From Acidobacteriota bacterium (lineage in GTDB: Bacteria > Acidobacteriota > UBA890 > WLXD01), in contig CAXWPH010000015.1 of assembly GCA_963666055.2 (NCBI GenBank), positions 1,120,001-1,184,000 on the forward strand: a stretch of 64,000 bases of DNA. The letters run 5' to 3'. This document shows positions 1 through 9,272 of the stretch, in pieces; the first letter of the stretch is position 1, and each line of letters begins with the position of its first letter. The position numbers and the translations under genes were made by a program. Below the pieces are notes generated by a model. The model saw only the letters and a program-made list of their open reading frames with translations. It ran no database searches and was not told the origin of the DNA.

Positions 1-2
1 CC

Positions 3-362
3 TCCAATGAGACCGGTGTTCTCGAGGTATACGTTGCGGCTTTTCCCGAGATGGGCAGGCGCCAGCGCATTTCCGTCGCGGGGGGAACCGATCCTGTTTG
101 GGCGCGAGACGGCACGGAGCTCTTCTACAGCAACGACGGCCAGCTATGGGTGGTCCCCCTCGATGCCGGGCCTGCTCTCACGGCGGGCATTCCGGAGGTG
201 CTCTTCGACTGGCCACACGGCATCAGCCAGACGTTCGATGTCTTCCCTGACGGCCGCTCGTTCGTGATGGTGAAGACCGATCCCGAGTCGGCTCCCGACC
301 GCTTCTACGTCGTGCTGAACTGGTTCGACGAGCTGACGCGGCTCGCGCCGACGGACCCCTAG
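3..362 (+). CDS. C-terminal part of a TolB/PD40 beta-propeller protein (often the C-terminus of acidobacterial Ser/Thr kinases); partial at window edge
   Basis: The frame is open from base 3: SNETGVLEVYVAAFP...ISVAGGTDPVWARDGTELFY...FDVFPDGRSF...VVLNWFDEL, the typical PD40-propeller ending. The stop TAG lies within CTAG at 359-362. Confidence 0.75.
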   Translation, partial: SNETGVLEVYVAAFPEMGRRQRISVAGGTDPVWARDGTELFYSNDGQLWVVPLDAGPALTAGIPEVLFDWPHGISQTFDVFPDGRSFVMVKTDPESAPDRFYVVLNWFDELTRLAPTDP

Positions 363-505
363 CAGGGCGTGGTGGAAGTGTGGCGGGCCTGGCGACAGGG
401 TCTTGCGAGGCGGAGGCAAGGAGAAAGGAGGAGGCGATGGTTACCCCATCGTTAACGACGAACGACACAGCATACGCGCGCAACCCCCTATCGCGCATAG
501 GGGGG
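359..505 (+). mobile_element. Truncated (left-half) copy of the CTAG-bounded MITE
   Basis: ctagcagggcgtggtggaagtgtggcgggcctggcgacaggg...caaccccct aligns with the first ~130 bp of the 6471-6749 element. It ends in the hairpin ccccctat-cgcgc-ataggggg (484-504). Confidence 0.85.
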
Positions 506-532
506 CACTTGGAACAGAAGTGTTGACCTGTA

Positions 533-1789
533 ATGAATCCCGAGAGTGACCTACAAGTACTCGACCTCGACTTCGTTCGCCTCCAGTTTCCTTTCTTTGA
601 AACGGAGTTGTCGAAGCATTGGGCCTTCTTTGAAAATTCCGGAGGGACGTTTCCGTGCGGCGCGGTGGTCGACCGGCTGACGCGTTTCTATCGCGAGAAC
701 AAGGTTCAGCCCTACACCCACAACGCGTTGGCCGCTGCCGCGAGCGAACAGATGGGCGCGGGCCGAAGCGTTATTGCGGCGCTCTTGGGCGTTCCCGAAG
801 CAACGCTCACGCTGGGCCCTTCGACGACCCAAAACTTCAACACGCTGAGCACCGCCTGTGCCGCCTTCCTCGAGCAAGGCGACGAGATTCTCGTCTCCGG
901 ACAAGATCACGAGGCGAATATCGGCGGGTGGGATCGACTTGCGCAACGTACCGGAGCGGTGTTGCGTTTTTGGCCCGTCAATCCGGAAACGGGCGAACTG
1001 GAGCTGGCGGCGTTTGAAAAGTGCCTCAACGCCAAAACGAAGATCGTCAGCGTGACGCACAGCTCAAACATCATCGGAACGGTCAATCCGATCCGCGACA
1101 TCGTTCGGGCGGGGCATCGTGTCGGCGCGAGAGTGGTGATCGACGGTGTCTCGTATGCGCCGCACGCGTGGCCTGATGTGCTGTTGACCGAGGCGGATGC
1201 CTACGCGTTTAGCACCTACAAGACGTTCGCGACGCATCTGGGGGTGCTGTATGTCGCGCCGGACTTCATGGCGCAGCTTGCGCCACAGTGCCACTTTTAC
1301 AATGTGGGAAACCCTTCGGCCCATTTGGATGCCGCCGGCCCGGACCACGCTTCCATCGCCGCCCTCGCCGGGCTCGGCGAGTTCTTCGAGACGCTGCACG
1401 ATCATCATTTCGAGGCATCCGCGCGATCGCTCGATCAAAAGGCGCGCGCCATCTCGAGGCTGATGCACCAACACGAACAATCGCTGTGCGCCCTGTTGCT
1501 CGACGCGCTCGACCGCTTGCCGGTCCGAATCGTCGGGAAAGCGACGATGGACGGCCGCGAAGCGAACGTTGCGTTGTTGGCCGACACGCATCCGGCGCCC
1601 GCCCTCGCCAAGCTGCTCGCCGAAAAAGGCATCGTCGCCAGCCGCAGTCATTTTGACGGTTGCCGCCTGCTCGAGAAATTGGGCATCGACACGGACGACG
1701 GCGTCCTCCGCATCAGCTTCGCCCACTACAACACGAAGGAAGAAACCCTGCGTCTGATCGCCGCGCTGGAAGGCATCTTCGGTTCGTAG
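533..1789 (+). CDS. Class V PLP-dependent aminotransferase / cysteine desulfurase-like protein
   Basis: Motifs ENSGGT, DHEANI, HSSNIIGTVNP, IDGVSYAPH, FSTYK (PLP Lys) and LRISFAHYNT. SHFDG occupies the position where desulfurases carry the catalytic Cys. Confidence 0.9.
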   Translation: MNPESDLQVLDLDFVRLQFPFFETELSKHWAFFENSGGTFPCGAVVDRLTRFYRENKVQPYTHNALAAAASEQMGAGRSVIAALLGVPEATLTLGPSTTQNFNTLSTACAAFLEQGDEILVSGQDHEANIGGWDRLAQRTGAVLRFWPVNPETGELELAAFEKCLNAKTKIVSVTHSSNIIGTVNPIRDIVRAGHRVGARVVIDGVSYAPHAWPDVLLTEADAYAFSTYKTFATHLGVLYVAPDFMAQLAPQCHFYNVGNPSAHLDAAGPDHASIAALAGLGEFFETLHDHHFEASARSLDQKARAISRLMHQHEQSLCALLLDALDRLPVRIVGKATMDGREANVALLADTHPAPALAKLLAEKGIVASRSHFDGCRLLEKLGIDTDDGVLRISFAHYNTKEETLRLIAALEGIFGS

Positions 1790-1807
1790 CGCACTTCGCA
1801 TTCCTAC

Positions 1808-1845
1808 GAAACTCTTGGCGCCCTCGTTCGTCTAACGTTGTTAGA
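1808..1845 (+). promoter_or_regulatory. Putative ECF-sigma promoter (GAAAC-N16-CGTCTAA) overlapped by the palindrome TCTAAC-N3-GTTAGA (candidate PadR operator)
   Basis: gaaac at 1808-1812, cgtctaa at 1829-1835, inverted repeat at 1831-1845, directly upstream of the PadR gene. Confidence 0.5.
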
Positions 1846-1905
1846 TGGATCGATCGGTGTAACGATCTGGTCACCCAACAACGCTAGTGCAACTAGGAGG
1901 AGCCT

Positions 1906-2238
1906 ATGGGCCGCGACGTGCTCGGCGGCTTCGAACATCAGATTCTGCTGTCGATCCTGCGGCTTGGTGACGACACCTACACGGTGCCGATCGTGCTCGA
2001 GCTTGAAGCGCAGACGGGTCGCGAGGCGGCGCCGGCGGCTGTGTACATCGCTCTGCGAAGACTCGAGAAGAAGGGCCTTGTCGCTTCACGCCTCGATGAT
2101 GCGGCGGGCGCGCGCGGGTCACGCACACGGCGCTTGGTCAGCATCACACCTGACGGCATCGACACGCTGAGCGAGTCGCGCAAAGCGCTGGTGACGCTCT
2201 GGGATGGCGTCGAAGAACGCCTGGATGGGGCGAAATGA
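1906..2238 (+). CDS. PadR-family transcriptional regulator
   Basis: LGGFEHQILLSILRL...AVYIALRRLEKKGLV wHTH. AGGAG RBS upstream; ATGA overlap with the downstream permease. Confidence 0.92.
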   Translation: MGRDVLGGFEHQILLSILRLGDDTYTVPIVLELEAQTGREAAPAAVYIALRRLEKKGLVASRLDDAAGARGSRTRRLVSITPDGIDTLSESRKALVTLWDGVEERLDGAK

Positions 2239-4994
2239 ATGCACGGCTCGCCCCACCCCGGCTGCTTGCCGGCATCCTCCGGCTGGCGCTGCCGCGACGC
2301 GACCGCGACGTGCTGCTCGCCGATATCGCCGAGCTGTTTCGCTACCGCGCTCGGCGCGACGGCAGGGTCCGCGCCATCGCCTGGTATGCGCGCCACGTCC
2401 TCGTCACCCCGGTTCGCCTTCTCCTGGCGCGCCATTCGAACCGGGTCGTTCTTCCTCTCAAGCAACTTTCTGGCAGGCCGTACCTTCCGAATCCCCCCCG
2501 AGACGCCTTCATGATGGAAACAATCTGGCAAGACATGCGGTTCGCGGTTCGCACGCTCGGGCGCAGCCCGATGTATGTCGCCGTTGTGGTGCTCACCCTG
2601 ACGATCGGGGTCGGGATCAACGCCACGATCTTCATGATGGTCAACGCCTTGCTGCTGCGGCCACTGCCCGTCCTGGCGCCCGAAGAGCTGGTCGAGATCT
2701 ACTCGTTCAATGCCGAGTTCGACGTTCCGATCACGAGCTCCTACCCGGACTATCTGAGCATCAGCGAATCGGCCACCACGATCAGCGGTGTCGCGGGCCA
2801 TTCCATGCTCGCCGCGAGCATGACGTCGAACGGCCGCGCCGAGTTGGTCTACGGCGAGTTCATCACCGGCAACTTCTTCGAGCTCCTGGGTATCACGCCG
2901 CAGATGGGGCGGCTGATCGGCGCCGATGACGACCGCGTGCCCGGCGGCCATTCAGTCGTAGTGCTAGGGCACGGCTTCTGGCGCGACCGTTTCGCGGGCG
3001 ATGCGTCGATCATCGGGGAGGCGCTGATTTTGAACGGGCGACCCTACACGGTGATCGGCATCGCGCCACCCGAGTTCAACGGCCTCGTCCACGTGTTCGA
3101 CGCTCAACTTTGGCTCCCGGCAACGATGGCCGAAGAGATCGACCCGTTCGGCATCCTTTCCTTCCAGCCTTCGCCGGGCGAGACGCGCCCCGAACAGCGC
3201 GGCAGCCGTTGGATGATGCTCAAGGGGCGCCTCGCCGAAGGTATGAGCGTGGCGCAGGTGCAAGCAGAGATGGACGCGATCTTCGCGCGGCTTGCAGTCG
3301 AGTACCCCGATTCCAATGAGGGATGGGGAGCCCACGTGCTGCCTGCTGCCAGCGTGCGGGTGCACCCGATGGCCGACGGCTATCTGGCCCCGGTCGCGGC
3401 ACTCCTGCTCGGCATGGTTGGCCTTGTACTGGTCAGCGCCTGTACGAATATCGCTGCGATGACCCTATCGCGCGCGTCGGCGCGAAGCCGCGAGATCGCC
3501 GTTCGTTTTGCCCTTGGCGCCGGCAAAGCGCGCCTCGTGCGCCAGCTGCTGACCGAGAGCCTGGTGCTCGCATTTCTTGGCGGTATCGGTGGTGTCGGCC
3601 TGACATTCTGGCTGCGCGGGTTGCTGCTGAGCTTCCGGCCGCCAAGCGCGATTCCCATGAGTTGGAACCTCCCGGTGGACGGCAGAGTCATCGCCTTCAC
3701 CTTCGCCCTGGCGGTAGCCGCCGGCCTGGTCTTCGGCCTCGCGCCGGCGCTCCGCGGTTCCCGAACCGACCTGGTCGCCGCGCTCAAGGACGGCGCGCGT
3801 GGAAGCGAGGGGTCCGGCCGCAAACACGGACTCCGCGGCGCGCTGGTCGTGGTGCAGGTCGCTGTCTGCATCGTGCTGCTCGTCGGCGCGGCATTGATGG
3901 TGCGTAGTGTCCAATCAGCGACCAAGGTGGATCTGGGGTTTGATCCCAACGGCCTCCTCGCTTACACGATAGATCTGGACCTGCTCGACTACTCCAGCGA
4001 GGATGCCGATCAGTTCTTCGACGTTGCCGCAGCGCGTATCGGCGCCCTGCCCGGCGTGCGTGCGGTAGGACGCACCAGCCGGATGCCACTGAGTCTGGGG
4101 CTCAACCAGAACGGGATCTACATCGAGGGTCGGCAGGTGGCCTCCAACGACCCGGCCATCGCGGTCGACACCACGACCGTCGACGGCGGCTACTTCGACG
4201 CTCTCGGTGTGCCGCTGCTGCGCGGGCGCACCTTTGGGGCACAGGATACGCCGGAGTCACTCGCCGTCGCGATGGTCTCCATGGCTCTCGCGGAACGCGA
4301 TTTCCCTGGCGGGGCGGTGGGCCAGAGTTTCCACACCGGGGGTCTCGACGGACCGACCTACGAGATCATCGGTGTGGTGGCCGACACGAAGGTCCGCACT
4401 GTCGGCGAGGAACCCATCCCGTATCTCTACTTTGCGGATGAGCAGAACTCGCGTTCGAACGGGACCATTGCCGTGCGGCTCGACCACGATACGCCACAGC
4501 TGCGCGCCACGGTACGGCAGGAGTTGCTCGCCATAGAGCCTGAGCTTGTCTTCACGAACGACAGCGACATGCTCGGAATCTTGGCGATGGCACTGTTCCC
4601 GGTCCGCTTCGGCGCGGCCATGCTGATTTCCGCCGGCGTGATCGCGCTCCTGCTGGTGTCGGTGGGTCTATACGGTGTGATCGCATACTCCGTGGCGCGA
4701 CGGTCCAAGGAGATCGGCGTGCGGATGGCGCTCGGCGCCGCCAGCACGGACGTCGTGCAGTTGGTCTTGCGACGCGGTCTCGGGCTGGTAGCGATCGGCG
4801 CGGCCGTCGGGGGCGTGGCCTCGGCACTACTGTCCCGAGCACTCGCATCCGTTCTCTACGGCGTCGGCGCCCTCGATCCACTGGCGTTCGCAGCGGCGTT
4901 CCTGCTCCTGCTGCTGGTCTCCGGCCTGGCCAACTGGCTGCCGGCCCGCCGCGCCGCGCGGCTGGATCCCGTGCAAGCATTGCGCGCCGACTGA
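2235..4994 (+). CDS. ADOP-family duplicated MacB/FtsX ABC permease with N-terminal prefix domain
   Basis: WQDMRFAVRTL, IGINATIF, REIAVRFALGA, KEIGVRMALGA and PARRAARLDPVQALRAD; two MacB_PCD/FtsX halves. Confidence 0.95.
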   Translation: MNARLAPPRLLAGILRLALPRRDRDVLLADIAELFRYRARRDGRVRAIAWYARHVLVTPVRLLLARHSNRVVLPLKQLSGRPYLPNPPRDAFMMETIWQDMRFAVRTLGRSPMYVAVVVLTLTIGVGINATIFMMVNALLLRPLPVLAPEELVEIYSFNAEFDVPITSSYPDYLSISESATTISGVAGHSMLAASMTSNGRAELVYGEFITGNFFELLGITPQMGRLIGADDDRVPGGHSVVVLGHGFWRDRFAGDASIIGEALILNGRPYTVIGIAPPEFNGLVHVFDAQLWLPATMAEEIDPFGILSFQPSPGETRPEQRGSRWMMLKGRLAEGMSVAQVQAEMDAIFARLAVEYPDSNEGWGAHVLPAASVRVHPMADGYLAPVAALLLGMVGLVLVSACTNIAAMTLSRASARSREIAVRFALGAGKARLVRQLLTESLVLAFLGGIGGVGLTFWLRGLLLSFRPPSAIPMSWNLPVDGRVIAFTFALAVAAGLVFGLAPALRGSRTDLVAALKDGARGSEGSGRKHGLRGALVVVQVAVCIVLLVGAALMVRSVQSATKVDLGFDPNGLLAYTIDLDLLDYSSEDADQFFDVAAARIGALPGVRAVGRTSRMPLSLGLNQNGIYIEGRQVASNDPAIAVDTTTVDGGYFDALGVPLLRGRTFGAQDTPESLAVAMVSMALAERDFPGGAVGQSFHTGGLDGPTYEIIGVVADTKVRTVGEEPIPYLYFADEQNSRSNGTIAVRLDHDTPQLRATVRQELLAIEPELVFTNDSDMLGILAMALFPVRFGAAMLISAGVIALLLVSVGLYGVIAYSVARRSKEIGVRMALGAASTDVVQLVLRRGLGLVAIGAAVGGVASALLSRALASVLYGVGALDPLAFAAAFLLLLLVSGLANWLPARRAARLDPVQALRAD

Positions 4995-5056
4995 GCTACG
5001 CCGGTACACAACAAGCCCGCCACCCCCCGACATGCGCCGCGGAGCGCCGCGCTCAG

Positions 5057-5383
5057 TCGGTCACCGCGTACCCCGACCGATTCGGTTGGGTCGAGCCCGA
5101 GGGCGGTCTGGTCGCATTCCCTTGGATCGTCGGCGAACCCGCCGCATTGCCGCTCTGTGAGAAGCTGGCGGCGGGAATCCTGCTGTCTCCTGGTGACTGC
5201 TTTGGCCACCCCAAGCACTTCCGCCTCGGCTTCGGCTCCACCGAGCCCCAGGCCTTTGTGCAAGCGCTCGCCGCGATCGAGGAAGTCATCGTCGCGGCGC
5301 CGAGCGCGCACACCGCAGTAAGATGGGAGCCGCTTGACCCGACCGCCCCGGGCGGAGCCCGACACCCAGCAGGAGCAGAATGA
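5057..5383 (+). pseudogene. C-terminal remnant of a class I/II aminotransferase
   Basis: In-frame YPDRFGWVEPEGGLVAFPW...GILLSPGDCFGHPKHFRLGFG matches the C-terminal small domain. There is no room upstream for the PLP domain. Confidence 0.7.
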
Positions 5384-6474
5384 CATTCTCGAAGCCGGCT
5401 GCATCGTTCTTGGTTACAGTCGTCGCCGCGCTGATCGTGTCGACGCCTGCGGTCGCCCATGCCCAGGTCCTCGAACGCCTGCCGAACATCTACCCTCTGA
5501 ATGGCCTGCCGGATCCCTACACCGGTGAGGAGTGGGTGACCCTACCCGATGGCAGGACTTGGGGCTCGACGGCGGGCGTCGATATCGATCCCGACGGCCG
5601 GCACATTTGGGCGATCGATCGATGCGGAGCCAACTCCTGCGCCGGGTCCGATCTCGATCCGATCCTCAAGATCGATCCTCAAGGCAACGTCGTCGCTAGC
5701 ATGGGCGGCGGGCTGTTTCTTTTCCCGCACGGGATCCATGTGGATCGTGACGGCAACGTTTGGGTCACCGACGCGCAGGGGCCGGACCCCACCAATCCGG
5801 CGAGCGCGGGCAAGGGTCATGTGGTCATCAAGTTGAGTCCCGATGGCGACATCCTCCTCACGCTCGGTCGACCCGGCGCGCCCGGAGATGGCCGGGGCCC
5901 GCTTCTCAACACGCCCAACGACGTGGTAACCGACGCGGATGGCAATGCCTACGTCGGAGACGGCCACGGGGGCCAGAATCTCAACGCCCCGCCGGAGACG
6001 GTCGCCCGCATCGCCAAGTTCGACCGTGACGGCAACTTCATCACCTCATGGGGCAGGCTCGGTTCCGGTCCCGGCGAGATGCGCACCCCTCACGCCCTGG
6101 ACATCGACTCACAAGGCCGGCTGATCGTCGGCGACCGTGGAAACAACCGCTTGCAGATCTTCGAGCTCGATGGCACGTACATCGGTGAGCTCAGGCAGTT
6201 TGGACGCCCGAGTGGCATCTACATCACCGCCGACGACACGATTTACGTGGCCGACTCCGAGTCCCTGTTCGCCAACTCTCAGAACCCGGGTTGGATCACC
6301 GGCATTCGCGTCGGAAGCCTGAGGACCGGCATCGTCGATTATTTAATCAACGGCAAGGTTTCTAGGTACCCCAACGGCTCGAACCCGGAAGGCGTGGCCG
6401 TCGATGCCGCAGGCAACGTCTACGGCACGGTGGTATCGCAGGGCGGCGCGTTCATTCGGTCGACCCGGCGCTAG
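5380..6474 (+). CDS. Secreted NHL-repeat beta-propeller protein (peptidyl-alpha-hydroxyglycine alpha-amidating lyase-like)
   Basis: Signal peptide ending AHA-Q; repeats FPHGIHVDRDGNVWVTD, PNDVVTDADGNAYVGDGH and PHALDIDSQGRLIVGDRGNNRLQIF. Confidence 0.88.
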   Translation: MTFSKPAASFLVTVVAALIVSTPAVAHAQVLERLPNIYPLNGLPDPYTGEEWVTLPDGRTWGSTAGVDIDPDGRHIWAIDRCGANSCAGSDLDPILKIDPQGNVVASMGGGLFLFPHGIHVDRDGNVWVTDAQGPDPTNPASAGKGHVVIKLSPDGDILLTLGRPGAPGDGRGPLLNTPNDVVTDADGNAYVGDGHGGQNLNAPPETVARIAKFDRDGNFITSWGRLGSGPGEMRTPHALDIDSQGRLIVGDRGNNRLQIFELDGTYIGELRQFGRPSGIYITADDTIYVADSESLFANSQNPGWITGIRVGSLRTGIVDYLINGKVSRYPNGSNPEGVAVDAAGNVYGTVVSQGGAFIRSTRR

Positions 6475-6749
6475 CAGGCCGTGGTGAAAGTGTGGTGGGT
6501 CTGGCGACAGGGACTTGCGAAGTGGAGGCAAGGAGAGAGGAGGAGGCGATGGTTACCCCATCGTTGACGAGGAACGACGCAGGATACGCGCGCAACCCCC
6601 TGTCGCCCGAAGGGTTACGGCGATTTGGGGCCATTTGCGGCGTTGGCCTTCCTCGACGATGGCTAGGGCATCGCCTGTGTCAGGCCGCCTTGCATCTGGC
6701 CCCAACTCGCCGTAACCAGACCCACCACACTTTCACCACGGCCTGCTAG
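6471..6749 (+). mobile_element. Full-length MITE, 279 bp including terminal CTAGs, perfect 34-bp terminal inverted repeats
   Basis: ctagcaggccgtggtgaaagtgtggtgggtctgg (6471-6504) and its exact reverse complement (6716-6749). Near-identical inverted copy at 34505-34784. No transposase inside. Confidence 0.92.
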
Positions 6750-6861
6750 CTCCGGATAGGTCGGCGCGGGCACCTCGACGCACAGGGTTGGCACCGCCTC
6801 GGGATCACACGCGTACTCCGGCGTGTGCATCTCCAACAGCGTTCTGATGATGTGGCCGCCG

Positions 6862-6885
6862 TGTATACATTACGCAATGATTACA
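6862..6885. promoter_or_regulatory. Imperfect AT-rich palindrome upstream of the MFS gene (candidate operator)
   Basis: tgtatacatt-acgc-aatgattaca, 45 bp before the MFS start. Confidence 0.3.
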
Positions 6886-6930
6886 GCGGACCAATTCATA
6901 CGAAGAGGCTGAACAACCGCGGGTGAAACG

Positions 6931-8124
6931 ATGGCACTCAGAATCATCTCAATCCTCTTCATCAGCATGGCGGTGAACATCTATATTGCGGTTGCGCCGT
7001 CTATTCTTGGGGCCCTTGTTGATTATCAAGGCCTGTCCACCGACGTGGCAGGTCGTCTGATTTCATACAATTTCTGGGGTGCAACGGTATCGACGATATT
7101 CGCAATTTTCTTCCTTCACCGGCCCGGATGGAATTTGGGCTTGACGATGCTCGCCTGCCTGTTGCTGGTCACGCTGACCAGCCTGGCCTCGGTGTGGTTT
7201 GTTGGTAGCGTTGCGGCGTTAGGCCTTGTTCGCTTCGTCAACGGATTGGGCGCTGGCCTGGGATATACGGTCGCCTGCGTTGCGATTGTAGGTACCCCGC
7301 GCATTGAACGATCGTACGCCATCCTGTTCGGCGCGCCATACTTGATTGGTGGTGCAGGGCTATGGCTATTGCCCTACGTCTATCACTCGAGCGGCATTGA
7401 GGGTGCCTTCTACGGAATGGGTGCGATCAACCTGATCGCGTGCGGTCTCCTGCCGTTCTTCCCAACCACGGTCGCCGGCACGGCGGAGACCAACAGCAAC
7501 CCGCCGAGCCATCTGGACCGCGGCCTGCTCGCCTTGTCCAGCCTGGTCCTCGCCGCCCTCTTTCTGCACTATGTTCTCAATACTGGCGTTTGGACGTATT
7601 TCGAGCGGCTTGGCGTGGCGTTCGGTATGTCGCCAGAAGGAGCAGGCGCGCTATTGGGCCCAAGCATGTCTGCTGCAATTGTAGGGATGATGGCGGCATG
7701 GCTTCTTGGCGATCGGATCGGATACCTACGACCTATCTACATCGGTACGGTCGCGATCGCTGTCTCGACACTCTCGTTGTTACTGTCATCTTCCGAAATT
7801 GTTTTCGGGGTCGGAACAGCGGTGTTCAACGCCAGTATTACCCTGGTTACGCCCTACTTCATAGCAATCCTGGCTACACTCATCCCGTCTGGTCGCGGCG
7901 TAACTGCTGCCAATATCGTAACGATTGCAGGATTTTCCATCGGCCCGTTTCTCTTGTCGTTCATGATCGCGAACGATGATTTCAGGCCGTCTATCGTGCT
8001 GACTGCCGCCGGCTTCGTCGTCGTGATTGCTTTGCTCTGGTGTTTCGCGAGCAAGCTCGAGCACATGGCTATTGCCCATGCGCAACTGAAGAGGAAGTGC
8101 GGTATTTGTGTACCACCCGGATGA
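6931..8124 (+). CDS. MFS transporter
   Basis: About 12 hydrophobic segments, RFVNGLGAG and LGDRIG loop motifs. Confidence 0.88.
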   Translation: MALRIISILFISMAVNIYIAVAPSILGALVDYQGLSTDVAGRLISYNFWGATVSTIFAIFFLHRPGWNLGLTMLACLLLVTLTSLASVWFVGSVAALGLVRFVNGLGAGLGYTVACVAIVGTPRIERSYAILFGAPYLIGGAGLWLLPYVYHSSGIEGAFYGMGAINLIACGLLPFFPTTVAGTAETNSNPPSHLDRGLLALSSLVLAALFLHYVLNTGVWTYFERLGVAFGMSPEGAGALLGPSMSAAIVGMMAAWLLGDRIGYLRPIYIGTVAIAVSTLSLLLSSSEIVFGVGTAVFNASITLVTPYFIAILATLIPSGRGVTAANIVTIAGFSIGPFLLSFMIANDDFRPSIVLTAAGFVVVIALLWCFASKLEHMAIAHAQLKRKCGICVPPG

Positions 8125-8142
8125 TCTTGGAGGACCTGAACG

Positions 8143-9249
8143 ATGTCTGAGACAACCGACGTAAGTACCGATCTAAAACCCGAATTTCTTGTCGTTGTCG
8201 ACAAGATCTACCGGGATATGTGCAACCTGCAGCCAGGAACCAAGGTCCTGATCATCACCGATTCTCGTACGCCGCGACACGTCGTCTCGGTTTTTATGGG
8301 CGCGGCCATGGCGATGGGTGCCGACGTGTCAGTGTCGGAGAATCCTTTGCCCCCGCCGCCAACGCTACAACCAGGATATGAGTGGAATTCGATGGTCAAA
8401 GCCGCTTCGAGGGAAGCCGACTTGATTCTCGACTTGGCTGTCGGCTATGCGGACTTCATAGCGGAAGCCGTGGAACGTGGCGCTCGCGTGATGTGCCCCG
8501 GGGACGGTACCGGTGGACATCACATCGAGGACACACTCATTCGCACAATGCTCGCTGCCGATATTCACGAACTGCGGAGGGAGTCTATTGAGATTGCCGC
8601 GCTCTTCACAGAAGCCGAAACGCTCCGTATGACGTCCGAAGAAGGGACGGATTTCGAGCTGTTCATTGGCGGCCTCGAAGGCGCAGATGGTGACGAGTTT
8701 CTATGGGACCGGGACAAGAATCAGATGACCCCTGCGGCATGGGCCACCCTGCCGCCTGCAGGACCTGGAATTGTACTCCCGAAGGGCCGCGGCGATGGTG
8801 TTATAGCCGTAGATGGCGTTCTATTGTATGAACCGGCCTGGGATCATGAAAAGCTCACCGGCCCGGTGTTTCTGACCTTCGAGAAAGGCAAGATAGTAGA
8901 TGTTCAGGGCGAGCCATTGTTCGCGGGCCGACTAAGTCACTGGCTTGCCGAACAGCCTGACGATTCCGCCGCGTACGGTCCGGTACATTTGAATCTGGGG
9001 TTGAATTCGCGCGCCATGCTTACACAGCATCAGGAGTTCGAGAAACTGCGTGGTACCGTCGTTTGTGGATTTGGTGACAGCAGCCTGATGGCGCGTATAT
9101 GGCATGGCTCCGATCTGGAGCCCAATGTATCGCACATACATTGGGGTATTTTGTTGATGCGACCCACGGTTCGACTGGACGATCTGACCATTTGCAAGGA
9201 TGGTTTCATCGTGGACCAGGCCCGCCACACTTCCACCACGGCCTGCTAG
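8143..9249 (+). CDS. Thermophilic metalloprotease M29 / leucyl-aminopeptidase-like fold protein (NicX-like superfamily)
   Basis: LQPGTKVLIITD, LRMTSEEGTDF, GVIAVDG, VFLTFEKGKIVDV, HLNLGLN, HIHW...PTVRLDD. The last ~11 codons derive from a MITE end. Confidence 0.7.
   Translation: MSETTDVSTDLKPEFLVVVDKIYRDMCNLQPGTKVLIITDSRTPRHVVSVFMGAAMAMGADVSVSENPLPPPPTLQPGYEWNSMVKAASREADLILDLAVGYADFIAEAVERGARVMCPGDGTGGHHIEDTLIRTMLAADIHELRRESIEIAALFTEAETLRMTSEEGTDFELFIGGLEGADGDEFLWDRDKNQMTPAAWATLPPAGPGIVLPKGRGDGVIAVDGVLLYEPAWDHEKLTGPVFLTFEKGKIVDVQGEPLFAGRLSHWLAEQPDDSAAYGPVHLNLGLNSRAMLTQHQEFEKLRGTVVCGFGDSSLMARIWHGSDLEPNVSHIHWGILLMRPTVRLDDLTICKDGFIVDQARHTSTTAC
9216..9249. repeat. Isolated MITE terminal inverted repeat (right-end orientation)
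   Basis: ccaggcccgccacacttccaccacggcctgctag is the reverse complement of 359-392 with one mismatch. Confidence 0.85.
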
Positions 9250-9272
9250 AACATCGGGACGAGCAACATTAG

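Noticed and set aside
6492-6749. 85-89-aa ORFs inside the MITE copies (also 34505-34774)
   Set aside because: No transposase motifs. Their similarity reflects the DNA repeat and the starts differ between copies.
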